Shown piece by piece: positions 1 through 11,751 of a DNA stretch of 38,579 bases. The stretch is from Toensbergia leucococca. Its lineage: Eukaryota. Numbering within the stretch: the first letter of the stretch is position 1; every line of letters begins with the position of its first letter. The notes beneath the pieces are model-generated. The model was not told where the DNA came from and did no database searches. It worked only from the letters and a program-made list of their open reading frames with translations. Location of the stretch: positions 62,001-100,579 of the forward strand of contig JALDZS010000077.1 of the NCBI GenBank assembly GCA_022813965.1, given 5' to 3'. A program made the position numbers and the translations under genes.

Positions 1-2
1 CA

Positions 3-170
3 CGCGAAGGGCTAGACCAGAAGGGAAAGAGAGAGATACAGAAGATCATGAGAAGCAGAAATGTAGGATTCGATGAGGCAAGGAGGATGTATATTGAGCA
101 GGGATTTGCGAAGAACAACATCGGGCTAGATGGAAGGCCCAGAGACCCAAAATTTGTGTCTTTCTCATGA
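3..170 (+). CDS. 3' end of a UPF0357/DUF2015 family protein (YCL012C-like), truncated by the window edge
   Basis: Frame 3 reads REGLDQKGKREIQKIMRSRNVGFDEARRMYIEQGFAKNNIGLDGRPRDPKFVSFS*. GLD...FDEAR...IGxDGRPRDPK is the C-terminus I recall for this fungal family. Confidence 0.8.
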   Translation, partial: REGLDQKGKREIQKIMRSRNVGFDEARRMYIEQGFAKNNIGLDGRPRDPKFVSFS

Positions 171-534
171 AGTTGTACGATAGAATAGCAGGACCGTTTC
201 ACGAGTGGGCGAGTTGAACCCAAGAGCACTAAAACTTATGGTGACACCTAATAGGTCCTTGACTCACGACCATCATGCCAAGTAGCCACTGTATTAATCC
301 AGGTGGTTCAACTAATTTGTGTCGTGAAACTGAATCTTTTCAATGCTGTGCGTTTTGGTGTAATACCTGCGATGTCAATTACCATGAATTGTCTAAATTA
401 GGCTAATTTACAATTATATTCCACTTGGTTCATGCCGGCTGAGTCATGGGCCTAAATGCGCAGGACATTGGTCATTTGTACGACCACTTTTGCATTTTGG
501 TTGATCTCCTATGTCCATGGCGCTAGCGTCTTCG

Positions 535-1762
535 TCATCTCCCACGGCCATACCCCTGTTGTTGAAAGCTAGGTGGTAGCCCTGGCGGAGGCCCTTGGCC
601 AGGAGGTGGACCAAAGCCTGGTGGAGGACCGAACCCGGGAGGCGGTGGAGCGCCTTGCGGGGGGAACACTTGTTGCTGCTGCTGCTGTTGTTGCTGTTGT
701 TGTTGTTGTTGTTGTTGTTGTTGCGGTTGTTGTGGAGGATTGAAACTTGGTGGTAAAAACCCTTGCGGGCCGCCGTACCCAGCCTGAGATGGAGGAGGCC
801 GCGCAGGCAGTCCAGACGGAGGCGCTGGTAGTGGTTGTGACGGAGGAACGGGTCGTTGCTGTTGTGGTAGGGGAACACTTTGATAACTTCCATTTTGTAC
901 TGCTCCACGCCCATTAGTATAGCCACTCGGAGCATTCGGGACACTGATGCCTGAGCGACCAGGCTCACCGTCTAGCATAGCTGATGGTGCGCTCGGTGTT
1001 CCTCCTGTAAATAAACCCACAGGTAAAGGTTGGCCAATTGGCTGTACGTTGTGTTTCCTTGCCTGAGCAGCGAGCATTCTTTCTGCCTGATCACCATGAC
1101 GTTCTCCTTTGCCGTCCTTCTTATATGCATACTGCACAGATATCTCCTTGTTCATAAGATATTGCCCGTTCATGTTCGCTATAGCTTCGTCGGAAGCTTC
1201 AAAGTTCGAGAAGGAAACAAACCCATAGCCTTTGGATAGATTGGAATCGTCTCGAGCAACCTGGAAGAAAGCTTAGCCTTACCCCCATCAGAAGCCAAAC
1301 GTGAGGAAGCCGAAATTACCTTTGGAGCAGATACAAGGCTGCCGAAACGGCCAAACGTGTCGTACAATGTCTGCTCGGATACCATAGGATCTAGGTTCCC
1401 GATAAAAAGTTCCGCTCCAACTTCTACTGTTTTCTGTTTATCGGCTGACGCCTTGTTTACTCGTATGGGTTTTCCATAAAACCGGACCTGATTCATAATC
1501 CTTGCGGCATAATCTGCGTCTTCTTCGCTAATGAACTCGACAAATCCGTACCCTTGGTGAGTCTGAGTTACTCGGTCCTTAGGAAGATGCACATTGACGA
1601 TCCGTCCAGCCTGCAGCATCAATTCCCACACTAGGCTATCCGAAACTCTTTCATCGAGGTTGCCGATATAGACTGTAGCCTCCTTGTCTTGCTCCCTACG
1701 CAATCTTTAGTACTTTCAACTTTATTACAACGCCAAACTCACCAATGCCGTGCGCCAGACAT
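535..1762 (-). CDS. HSH49: Splicing factor 3B subunit 4 (SAP49/Hsh49): two RRMs plus a Pro/Gln-rich tail
   Basis: Exons 1762-1743 (MSGARHW), 1695-1320 and 1260-535, with GT-AG introns. Motifs: [86 protein letters not shown]. Confidence 0.95.
670..723 (-). repeat. CAA/CAG trinucleotide tract encoding about 18 Gln in SF3B4
   Basis: (TTG/CTG)n on the + strand from 670 to 723, in frame with the last exon. Confidence 0.9.
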
Positions 1763-1826
1763 CTTGGCTACTTGGTAAGGTAAATTCCCAGAACCTAGTC
1801 AATTGTGCGTGGCCTACGGAATAGAA

Positions 1827-1852
1827 TGATGATGATGATGATGATGATGATG
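1827..1852. repeat. (ATG)n microsatellite upstream of SF3B4
   Basis: atgatgatgatgatgatgatgatgat-type run read directly from the sequence. Confidence 0.85.
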
Positions 1853-2136
1853 TCTTCATTCTCTGTCCCAGCAACCGTGGGGTCGCTATGCAGGATCAGC
1901 CATTAAGGTAGGTCTATGGAATAATATGATGAGTTGCGTTTCAGTGGCCCACGCGCTACTGTATTCATGTAGAATATTATATTGACGTAATTTATCTGAT
2001 GCTAGGAGTACGTACCTTTAAGGTAGGTAGTCTTCCCAAATTATCATTGGAAGGACTTACGTGCACGACAACAACAAATCTATTCGACATCAAATCAGAT
2101 TTCCGGTCAATTCAACCACAGAAAAAAATCATTGCC

Positions 2137-2519
2137 ATGGCTATGTTGCAGCTATCGGAAGAATCGAAGGTGCGTAATTATACCATATCCTAGACTGAGA
2201 GATCGAACTGGAGGCTGACTTTGTAACAGGAACGTATAACCAAGATCATCGACATTTCGAGGGTAGCAATACATTAGTCAGTTCCCCTAGCCTCCAATGC
2301 TCAAGTGAAGTCCTGACTTATCACAGTGGCTATCTTCCTCTGATCATATATCTAGGTCTGCTATCCAACATGTTAACCTCAGATTGATACTGATTCTCGA
2401 AAGGCTACTCTCGAAGTAATCCTAAACCTGCTTTCATTCGGTGAGTGGCACTTCATTATACTGCAAGCACCGAGAAGGCGTATCTAACATCAAATAGACT
2501 CATTTCTCCACTGGCATAG
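2137..2519 (+). CDS. TOM7: Mitochondrial import receptor subunit Tom7 (5 exons)
   Basis: Exons 2137-2169, 2230-2276, 2327-2355, 2404-2440 and 2498-2519 splice to MAMLQLSEESKERITKIIDISRVAIHYGYLPLIIYLGYSRSNPKPAFIRLISPLA*. LSEESKERI, HYGYLPLIxYLG and LSPL are Tom7 hallmarks. Confidence 0.93.
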
Positions 2520-2796
2520 GCAGTCAAGGTGGAGGTCTTCGTAGTACTTGAATTTAGCTCTCGAACTATGACCTTTTTTTCACTGTGGACATCATTTCTG
2601 AAATATGGAGATGAAGCATAGTTCAGTATGAATCAATGGACTGTTCCTAATACCTTGCACAAGAATTAGATGTAAATAAGACCGAACCAATACGGTCGAC
2701 ATCTTCCATGCTATGTCATACTTCGTATGGCATCACAGCTAAATTAAATATCATGGCGAATGGCGTTTCCACGACTATCGTCATTCCTCCCTAGGT

Positions 2797-3826
2797 ATGA
2801 GTGCTCATGACGCATTTCCGCAGTCGTTCTTCGAGTCAGTGGCAGGGCTGCTGGCCGGAGCTATATCTACGCTGGTGGCCCATCCACTTGATGTGATCAA
2901 GACTCGTTTGCAAGGTAGTGTCTCCAGCCCCACAGCTCGACCAAGTCATCACAAGGTGCTGAGATAGTATCGGCATGGACAGTTGATCGAGTGCCCTCGT
3001 CACATTTGGGCAAGTCACTCCGGATTGCACAAAGCATTGCCCGCAATGAGGGCAGTCTCACGGCGTTCTATCGCGGCCTCACGCCCAACATTGTGGGCAA
3101 TTCGGTGAGCTGGTCTCTGTACTTCGTATGGTATGACAGGCTTAAGAGTGGGCTTCACGTGTATCATGGGACGAAGGTCGGGCTGTCATATTATGACTTT
3201 TTTATCGCTTCAGGTGTTGCAGGTATATCTCTTGGCTCGTTAAAGTCATCCAAGTACCATCATTTACGTATTGCGCAGGAGCCTTGACTGCCATATGTAC
3301 AAATCCCATATGGGTGATTAAAACGCGCATGCTTTCAACTCCCTCAAGTCACCCCGGCGCTTATACTTCCATCTTAGACGGTATGCAACAGATCTTCAGC
3401 TCCGAAGGCATTCATGGCTTCTACCGTGGCCTGATGCCATCTCTTTTTGGCGTCTCACATGGTGCATTGCAGTTCATGGCTTATGAACAGCTCAAAATAT
3501 ACCGGAAATCTAGCCTTGGTAGAGGACAGCTCAATCCCAGCAGTTCGGACATCGTTTTCATCAGTGGAGCTGCAAAAGTCTTTGCTGGGGGTGCAACGTA
3601 CCCATATCAAGTGGTGAGGGCACGGTTACAGACATACGACGCGGACAAGACGTACAAGAATGCGAGAGATGTCGTAGGTCGAATATGGAGGCAGGAAGGC
3701 GTGTCTGGGTTCTATAAGGGAATGGGGCCATACTTGCTGAGGGCGCTGCCGAGCACGTGGGTCACGTTCTTGGTCTACGAGAACGCAATGTCTTTTCTAC
3801 CAAAGGCCCTTGAGAACAATAATTAG
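2797..3826 (+). CDS. FLX1: Mitochondrial carrier family protein, FAD/folate carrier-like (3 exons)
   Basis: Three carrier signatures: HPLDVIKTRLQ, NPIWVIKTRML and YPYQVVRARLQ. Also FYRGLTPNIVGNSVSW and GVSHGALQFMAYE. Introns begin at 2915 and about 3223. The substrate assignment is an inference. Confidence 0.8.
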
Positions 3827-4552
3827 AGCAAATTTCAAACCAAAAGTTGACACAGCAGGTAAAACTTGTTAAATGTCGCCTTCAACAAGGTACCCACAAA
3901 TTCTTTAGCTAGCACTAGTATTTGATAATACGGGTTTTAAATAAGGTTAAGGGGTAGGGCTGTCCGACGGCGACCGCTACTCCGATTTTGATGTAGAATA
4001 GAGAGGCACAGAGCTGAGATGGAAGCAACCTAAAGGTAAGCGAGAGGCTAGAAGAAGAAGAAGCAGGTCCGTGCTTCCTTCCGCAAACCAGAGTTTCCCC
4101 CCAAATCCAAACTCATCTCCTTCGGTCTACGGAGTACCTATTTGGTCTTTCACCCTGCCTCTCTTATCGTTCACCCCATCGAGCTCATCATATACTGCTG
4201 CCCAATATATTCCGCCCTCTCTCTCCCGCGCAACTGTTTCAGCATTACGTCTACTTTCACCCGAGTCCCAATTATAGCCTGGCGCCCGCAGCGAAGGCTC
4301 TAGACACCCCCACCCCGATCGTTTCCTTGCATACATATACATACGCGCCTCCAACTTTCCACGCATATCGATCATTCGCACGTCCGTGCGTCCTTGCGGG
4401 TTTCGACCTCTTCGCGAACACAACTGCCGATCTGGCGGCTTTCCTTCATTGCCATACTTGCAACTTCACCCTCAATTCTGTAACCGGGTGGCACACTCCC
4501 ATTATCGAAGATATCTTCGTTTCCACACATTAGATAGCAAATCCCGGTCATT

Positions 4553-6978
4553 ATGTACAGCGCGCACCGTGGCATGGTGCCTGCGCCAGCCAATCGCCTG
4601 AATGAATTATTGGATCAGGTGCGAGCAGAGTTCGACACTCAGCAAAGCAGGACAGACGATTATGAGCAGCGATGTGAGTTTGCTCGATATTTGATCCGAC
4701 GTTTGTCAGAAGGCAATGGAAAAGCGCATTTCCGAGGCTTTGTTTCTACAATTTTTGTCTCATATGAGAAGAACCCCTTTCCCTTTTCATCCGCGAACAC
4801 TGAATTGAGGGGATCATAATACACTTTGGGAGCAGTAGAGATGGAGATAGAGTCATTCAGCCTGCTAATGAACGATCTAGTGACTGTGCAGATGCAAGAA
4901 ATGGAAATGGTGAGGCAGAAGGTGTATAATTTGGAACAGACACAGCTCGCCATTAAGCAAAGGTAAATCTCTGGCGAGAAACGTCGCAACACTTTTGCCA
5001 GCAGCTCATACTTTACAAATCAGATATGATGAAGACGTCGCTCGTCTGCGCCATGAGCTCGAAAACCGCGGAGGCCCGCCGTCTCATCTCGGCGTTAGTG
5101 GCCTCCCCCCTCACGCTGGACCTTCACAACCTCCGCCTCCTGCCATTGGCCATGGCCCAAGTAACTTGTTCGGTGGAATCATGGCAAATCCACCTGGGCA
5201 AGGCGGTCCGGGCTTGATCCCGCCTTCTCAGGACCAACAGCAACAAGGCCCTCCACCGCACCAAATGCCTCAGCCGCAGCCAGGCCTACAACAAGCGCCA
5301 TTTCAAAGCTATCAACAACCTCCTGGCGTGAATGGTAAGTCGTGTACTTGATTTTCGGTGACTAGGATTTACCGCAGAATTCACGCATGGAGTACACAAA
5401 TCATGCTCCCGCCAGGCCTGCTAACATGTATTTACTAGGCTACGGTACACAACCACCACAATCGACTGCATCGCCTGGTCCTGGTAAAGGCGGCCGTAAT
5501 AATCGTGGCCCCCCTGGGCCTGCCACACCACAACAAAGTCAGCCAGCCCCTTATCCTGACCCAAGAGCCTCTCCACAGGTAGCAAGACCAACTCCACCAC
5601 CTCAACATCCCCAAATCCCTAATGTTGGAAACATGCTTGCGGACCTTGATCCTGATCGTTTGCGTCCGGACCAGAAGCGTGAAGGGGCTGACTGGTTTGC
5701 TGTTTTCAACCCCCGTGTGCAGCGGCAACTAGACGTTGACCTAGTTCACAACCTCGCTCACGAAAGTGTTGTCTGTTGTGTACGTTTCAGCCAGGATGGA
5801 AGATATGTTGCTACTGGTTGCAATCGGTCCGCGCAAATTTTCGAAGTCTCCTCAGGTAATCGAGTTTCTTATCTGCAAGATGATTCTGTCGACAAGGACG
5901 GAGATTTGTATATTCGCAGCGTCTGTTTTAGCCCTGATGGAAAGTATTTGGCTACCGGTGCGGAAGACAAACAGATTCGGGTACGTCAAATACCCTTCGT
6001 CCGCTGCATGTGCCATAAAATTTCAACATGCTTACGACATCTTCCAAAAGGTTTGGGATATTCAAGCCGGAACAATTAGACGTACGTTCACCGGGCATGA
6101 GCAAGACATCTACTCGCTTGACTTCTCCCGAAATGGTAAGAACATTGCTTCTGGCAGTGGTGACCGTACCGTTCGAGTCTGGAACATGGACAATGGTCGG
6201 GAAGAGCTAAATCTGAGTATCGATGACGGCGTGACGACGGTAGCCATGTCTCCAGACGGTCAGTATGTCGCGGCGGGTTCTCTTGATAAGAGCGTCAGAG
6301 TATGGGAAGTCCGCACTGGCTATCTGATCGAAAGACTGGATGGCCCGGAAGGCCACAAAGACAGTGTTTACTCTGTCGCGTTTGCGCCTAATGGTAGGGA
6401 CTTGGTCAGTGGGAGTCTTGACAAGACAATCAAAATGTGGGAGTTAGGAGACAATCGAGGCATGATGTCCGGGCCAGGGCCGAGGGGAGGCAAATGCATT
6501 CGGACATTTGAGGGTCACAAGGTAATTGATTGAGCTTCTGCTATCTCCTCGAATCAACGCACATCACTGATCATGATTCGAAGGACTTCGTGCTCAGCGT
6601 GGCGCTTACGCCTGACGGGGCCTGGGTATTAAGTGGATCCAAGGATAGAGGAGTACAGTTTTGGGATCCTAGGACTGGCGATACCCAGTTGATGCTTCAG
6701 GGTCACAAGAATTCCGGTACGTCCACCAGAACTTACTACAAGAGCTGGTAGAACAAATCGAAGGGCATGACCAGAATGAGCAACATAGCTGACAGACAAT
6801 TCTGATCAACAATTAGTCATCTCGGTTGCTCCGAGCCCTACAGGGGGGCTTTTTGCTACAGGAAGTGGTGATATGCGCGCGAGAATTTGGAGGTCAGCCA
6901 CTCCGTTGTGCCCTTCAACGTGCCGTTGATACTAACAGATGTTGCGTCTTCAGCTATGGACCATGGCGGGGGCAATGA
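4553..6978 (+). CDS. TUP1: General transcriptional corepressor Tup1/Rco-1 (Tup_N helix plus WD40 repeats)
   Basis: N-terminus [13 protein letters not shown]...[17 protein letters not shown]40 motifs [57 protein letters not shown] and GHKNSVISV. The last exon ends ...[12 protein letters not shown] (TGA 6976-6978). Confidence 0.95.
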
Positions 6979-8084
6979 GAAGGCGAAGAAGACGAGAAAG
7001 GGTGGCGCAAGCAGGAGTACGTCGGTTGGGGGCACCGACAGAACACGAGGCCACGATTTGGTGGAGGGTTGGAGACGAGGTCAGATTGGGCATATGAGCC
7101 CAGCGTATTGGTTAATCACTACTGTCTTGTAAAATGTTCGTCGAGGTACAAACAAAACTCGGGCATTACATTTTGATTGGGTCCTTGCAATGAGGGTGTT
7201 CTACGTGTACTTTGCCAGGGGCCTAGACGAATCAAGCTCCAATCAGTTGGCGGGCTATGCCCATGAGCCATGTGCGTTTTACTCGTTCTGTCTTGCACGG
7301 GCTAGGCGTAGTAGTGGCTTCAATATTGGGATGGTGCAGTGGTGTGGCAGTCAATAGTCATTTCCGTGGGGCAATTCCCATTACCCAACGAGCCAAGCTT
7401 CAGATACCTACCTCGGGGAGATGCACTACCACCGCGCAATCCTTATCATGCGGCGTCGATGCTGTTCTGGGTCAATTGCATGTTGGTGCTGATAAGGTGC
7501 AGGCAGGCTTGATATGTCGACCTTGTTGACGACTTGCCATCAATCCTTTGTTGCAACCCATGGGCCATGTCACGCCGGGCGCCTTGAGCACATCATCCCA
7601 TCCTCCCATCCCGCCCGCGATGGCCGTAGCCACGGATGCACGCGTAGATCTCATCCCATTGGAGCACAAACGTCCTCGAACGACATGGCCCTTCATCCCG
7701 TGCCTACTGCCCGTTCTTTCGCTTGATCATGCCGCTCCGGCACGATCTTCGGCCCTTTCTTCCTGATGAGCTCTCTGCATGTCCAAAGCCACAGTGTTTC
7801 AGTGCCTTAGTCCCATTCCATCTGTGTCTGTCTATATAGACCATTTCTCTACGGCCAGTCTCTGCCATTCAGCTCAAGGCCCCTTCCTTGCTGCGTCGTC
7901 TGTCATGTATGTACCTAAGTCATCTCAGCTATCTCTTCTGTCATCCCAGAGCGTCCCAAGTCTAGACCAAGTGGAACATGATCCTGTGTGTTGTGGGGCA
8001 TGATCAGCGCCAAGTTTTATCTTGACAGCATCTCAGGGCCGATGCAAGGAAAACATTAGGGAGGGACGCCGTTATCTCAAAGTC

Positions 8085-9526
8085 ATGGACTTCGTGCCGC
8101 AGCACGGTGTCGGGCGACTACCCACCGTAGCATCCCAGCAAGAGATGACATCCCCATTCGATCTACACATGCCAATGCTCTCTTACACCACTGCGGGGTA
8201 CCCAATGTCGTTCAACGCCATGACGCTACACTGTGGGCCGGAGCCAGCAACGAATCTATATGTCAATCCTTTCTGTGACTCTGGTCCTCGACAGCCACTC
8301 TCTTTACCACCGTTCTTCTCCATGACACAGAACACGCCACAGGTCAGGGAAGCACGCAATGCAATGTTCACTTTGGGCCGCAGTCCACTGGTGAAAGCCG
8401 AAGCTAAACCTATAGAGCACGCCTTAACCCTTCAAGATATTTCTTTACCTGACATAGCGACAACTCCGGCTGCTGGTGGAATCAAATTTGGCACTGATGT
8501 CGACACGTTGATGCGAGCTATTCAAACCAAGTCCAAAAGCCGACCCCAACGATCACAGGCATCTGTAGTTTACCATCAGATTGGCCGAAAACCGAGTCAT
8601 GCTCCGCCTCCTGAATCACATTTCGGTCGTGACCGCCGAGGCGAAGTCAACTACGGAGTCCCTAGAGTGAGGAAGAGGTATCAATGTGACATACCTTCCT
8701 GTTCAAAAAACTTCTTCCAGAAAACCCACCTTGAGATACACATGCGCGCACACACTGGCTGCAAACCTTTCGTCCGTAAACACCAACACCCTACCACGAA
8801 AAATATTGCTCCTGACTATTCATGTGTACAGCTCTGCAGGGAAATGTCCTGCGGTCAACGGTTCTCTCAACTGGGGAATCTCAAGGTATGAGGGTTTGCA
8901 TTTAAATCTACGGGCAATACTGACGTTTTATAAATAGACGCATGAGCGGCGGCACACGGGCGAAAGGCCATACTCGTGTGAAATCTGCGGCAAACGATTT
9001 GCTCAGCGAGGGAACGTCCGGGCTCATAAAATAGTGCATGAGCAGATCAAGCCTTTCTCATGCAAACTCGAAGGGTGTGGGAAGCAATTCACTCAGTTAG
9101 GCAATCTAAAGGCAAGGTGGTGGACAGAAGACGTCTTGAATTTCAGCTAATGGTCTCCTATAGTCTCATCAGAATAAATTCCACATGGAGACACTGCGTA
9201 GTCTGACATTCCGATTTGCTTCGATGCATGAAGGAGATACGGTGTCGACCAATGACAAGGAACTCTGGGAGTATTTTTCAAGCCTGTACAAAAACAGCAA
9301 CAAGGGAATTAAAGGACGCGGCAAGGACCGACGGATCTTCACGGTGGCGCAAGACAAGGAGATTCTCAAGCACGAGGAACGAAGTGCAAGCTCTTGTAGC
9401 GACATGTCGAGTAGCAATGCTCTGGAGATATTCGAGGCGAGGAAGAACAAAGGTTACGCAAGTAGCAGTAGTAGCGTTGACGACGATGAAGCAGATGTTG
9501 ACATTGCAGGTATGAAGATGAGGTGA
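8085..9526 (+). CDS. AZF1: AZF1-like C2H2 zinc-finger transcription factor (4 fingers); start codon uncertain
   Basis: [13 protein letters not shown] motif. Fingers: [74 protein letters not shown]. Downstream [24 protein letters not shown]. Three introns, the third GC-AG. Confidence 0.85.
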
Positions 9527-10015
9527 TGTACGGCATTCAGGAACGGCGGGTCGAGGTGCAAGATGACGGGAAGAGACGATTGATTTATAGAGTACTCGGT
9601 ACATGTGGAGAATTACGGCAACAAGATATCCAAACGATCAGGAGTGAGGCAAATTTGAAATGAGGTATGGCAGTGCCTTGCAAGGATGTAAAGAGCTTCA
9701 ACTCGTACGATAATCAGGAAGCCGTTTCATAAGTTTTATAACTCTTTTCGTACTAGAATAGATATATAGAAATGGTTCGAGGTTGTCGTGGGTTTGATCT
9801 CCCGTCCGCCGGAGACGCCTGAGACGGACCGAGCGACCTTTGAAATTTGAGCCTGAACCGATCGGCAACGTGATCCGAGTTTGCCGCTAGAATATGACCT
9901 GAACCATGCATGACCAGATTAATTTCCGGGAAATGTGAAATGTGAAATGTGCGAACATTGCTTTGTGTGGTCTTGTCAACCATCCGTCCCAGATCTGCTT
10001 ACTGAGTGACGCACC

Positions 10016-11188
10016 ATGGACATTGTACTCGAGGTCTTTGATACCTTCATCTTCGACCGTCTATACGCCAATTTTCTACCAGCAAACTTGCCAGCTATTT
10101 CCAGATATGTCGCAAAGGGTGCCACTTCCACCTTCTCGAGCATGCGTGAGCTCCCTACTGCCTACCATCCCGCCACCCAATTCCTCCAGCTTGAGCCTTC
10201 GCAGTATGCATATATGAGCGCCTTCACACGGGACAACATCTGGAGACAAGCATTGAGTTTGTATCTTATCACATGGTACCAATAATCCCCTTCCCATTTC
10301 TCCCTCCCAATCGTATTTCCAAATGTCAACTGACTCGCCCCAGGCTCTTCGGCATTGTTATATACTTCGCCTGCTCCTCTCTGTCCTATTACTTCATATT
10401 TGACCATGCTACCTTCACCCATCCTAAGTACCTGAAGAACCAAGTCTCGCTCGAGATCCACCAAGCGAGCATCTCCCTCCCCTTTATAGCCCTGTTTACC
10501 ACTCCGTTTTTCCTGAGCGAAGTCCGCGGTTGTGCAAAGCTCTATGATGCCCCATCCGATGCCCCCTTTGCCCTATACAATTACTTGCAGTTCCCGCTCT
10601 TCCTTGCCTTTACCGACTTCTTCATTTATTGGATTCACAGGGGCTTACACCATCCAATGGTGTACAAGACCCTACACAAGCCGCACCACAAATGGATCAT
10701 GCCTACCCCGTTCGCGAGTCATGCCTTTCATCCTCTCGATGGATTCGCGCAAAGTGTGCCATACCATGTATTTCCCTTCATTTTTCCGCTTCAGAAATTC
10801 GCATACATTGCCCTATTTGTCTTCATAAATATATGGACCGTCTTCATTCGTAGGCGTCTACCTCTCCCATTTCCTCCTTCCGCGCTAACTCCTCTCAGAT
10901 GACGGTGAGTACGTTGCCAACTCTCCTATACTCAATGGTGCCGCCTGCCATACAATGCACCACTTGTATTTCAATTACAACTACGGCCAATTCACCACGG
11001 TGTGGGATCGACTTGGGGGCTCATATCGGCAACCGAACGAGGAATTGTTCAGCCGCGAGTCAAAGATGAGCAAGGCCGAGTGGGAGAGACAAAGCAGGGA
11101 GATGGAAAAGGTGCAAAAGGAAGTTGAGGGAGACGATGATAGGGATTACGGGGCGGAAGCGAGGAGATTACAGAAAAAAGTTATATGA
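10016..11188 (+). CDS. ERG3: Sterol C-5 desaturase (3 exons)
   Basis: [14 protein letters not shown] start. His boxes [19 protein letters not shown] and [16 protein letters not shown], plus [13 protein letters not shown]. Confidence 0.95.
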
Positions 11189-11751
11189 GGATGTACTTCT
11201 CGAGTGTTTTGAGTTAATGGAGGTCAAGCCGGAGCTACTAATGGGTAGGCGAATAGTGTACGCTCTTCACAAGTGCTAGGTCTCGAAGACGTTTAGATCG
11301 ATGGCGGTGGTTTCCCTGGTGGGAATCTCTAGTTTGGGCATTCGTGCATACAGTCGCATTGACCTTTGCTTTCAAGAGGTGGGCAAGGGTTCAACATCAC
11401 ATTTGTCTTGGAGCTGTTTTGATCCCAGATTCTCGACTGGGTGCCACGGCATTCTAGAATGGCATTATCACTTTGGTCCTGGTACAGCGTGCGACTGTGA
11501 GACGTCTGATGGTAATATCTGCGCGAGCATGAGTTTGAACGCGGTCGCGCAGCCCCGAAAAATGATGAAAACCCCTCTCGGCGCTATTCTTACATGGTTC
11601 GCCATATGGCCTCTAAGATGTATCTGCCAAACCACAAATGCCACAAATGCCCGTCGGGGCTGTGCCATCCTCGACAGAGAAAGCATCCATGTTGCTCCGT
11701 CCCTGAAAATGTCTCGCGGTTCTTCTGAAAGACACTCCCCCTTCCAATAAA

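Noticed and set aside
444..968. 174-aa poly-Asn ORF
   Set aside because: Alternative frame of the SF3B4 poly-Q exon.
7257..8003. Short ORFs upstream of the AZF1-like gene
   Set aside because: No recognisable motifs. The region looks like promoter (TATATA at about 7833) and 5' UTR with a possible intron at 7908-8028.
11301..11750. 149-aa ORF between ERG3 and CBP80
   Set aside because: It lies in convergent 3' UTR space and has no motif or splice support.
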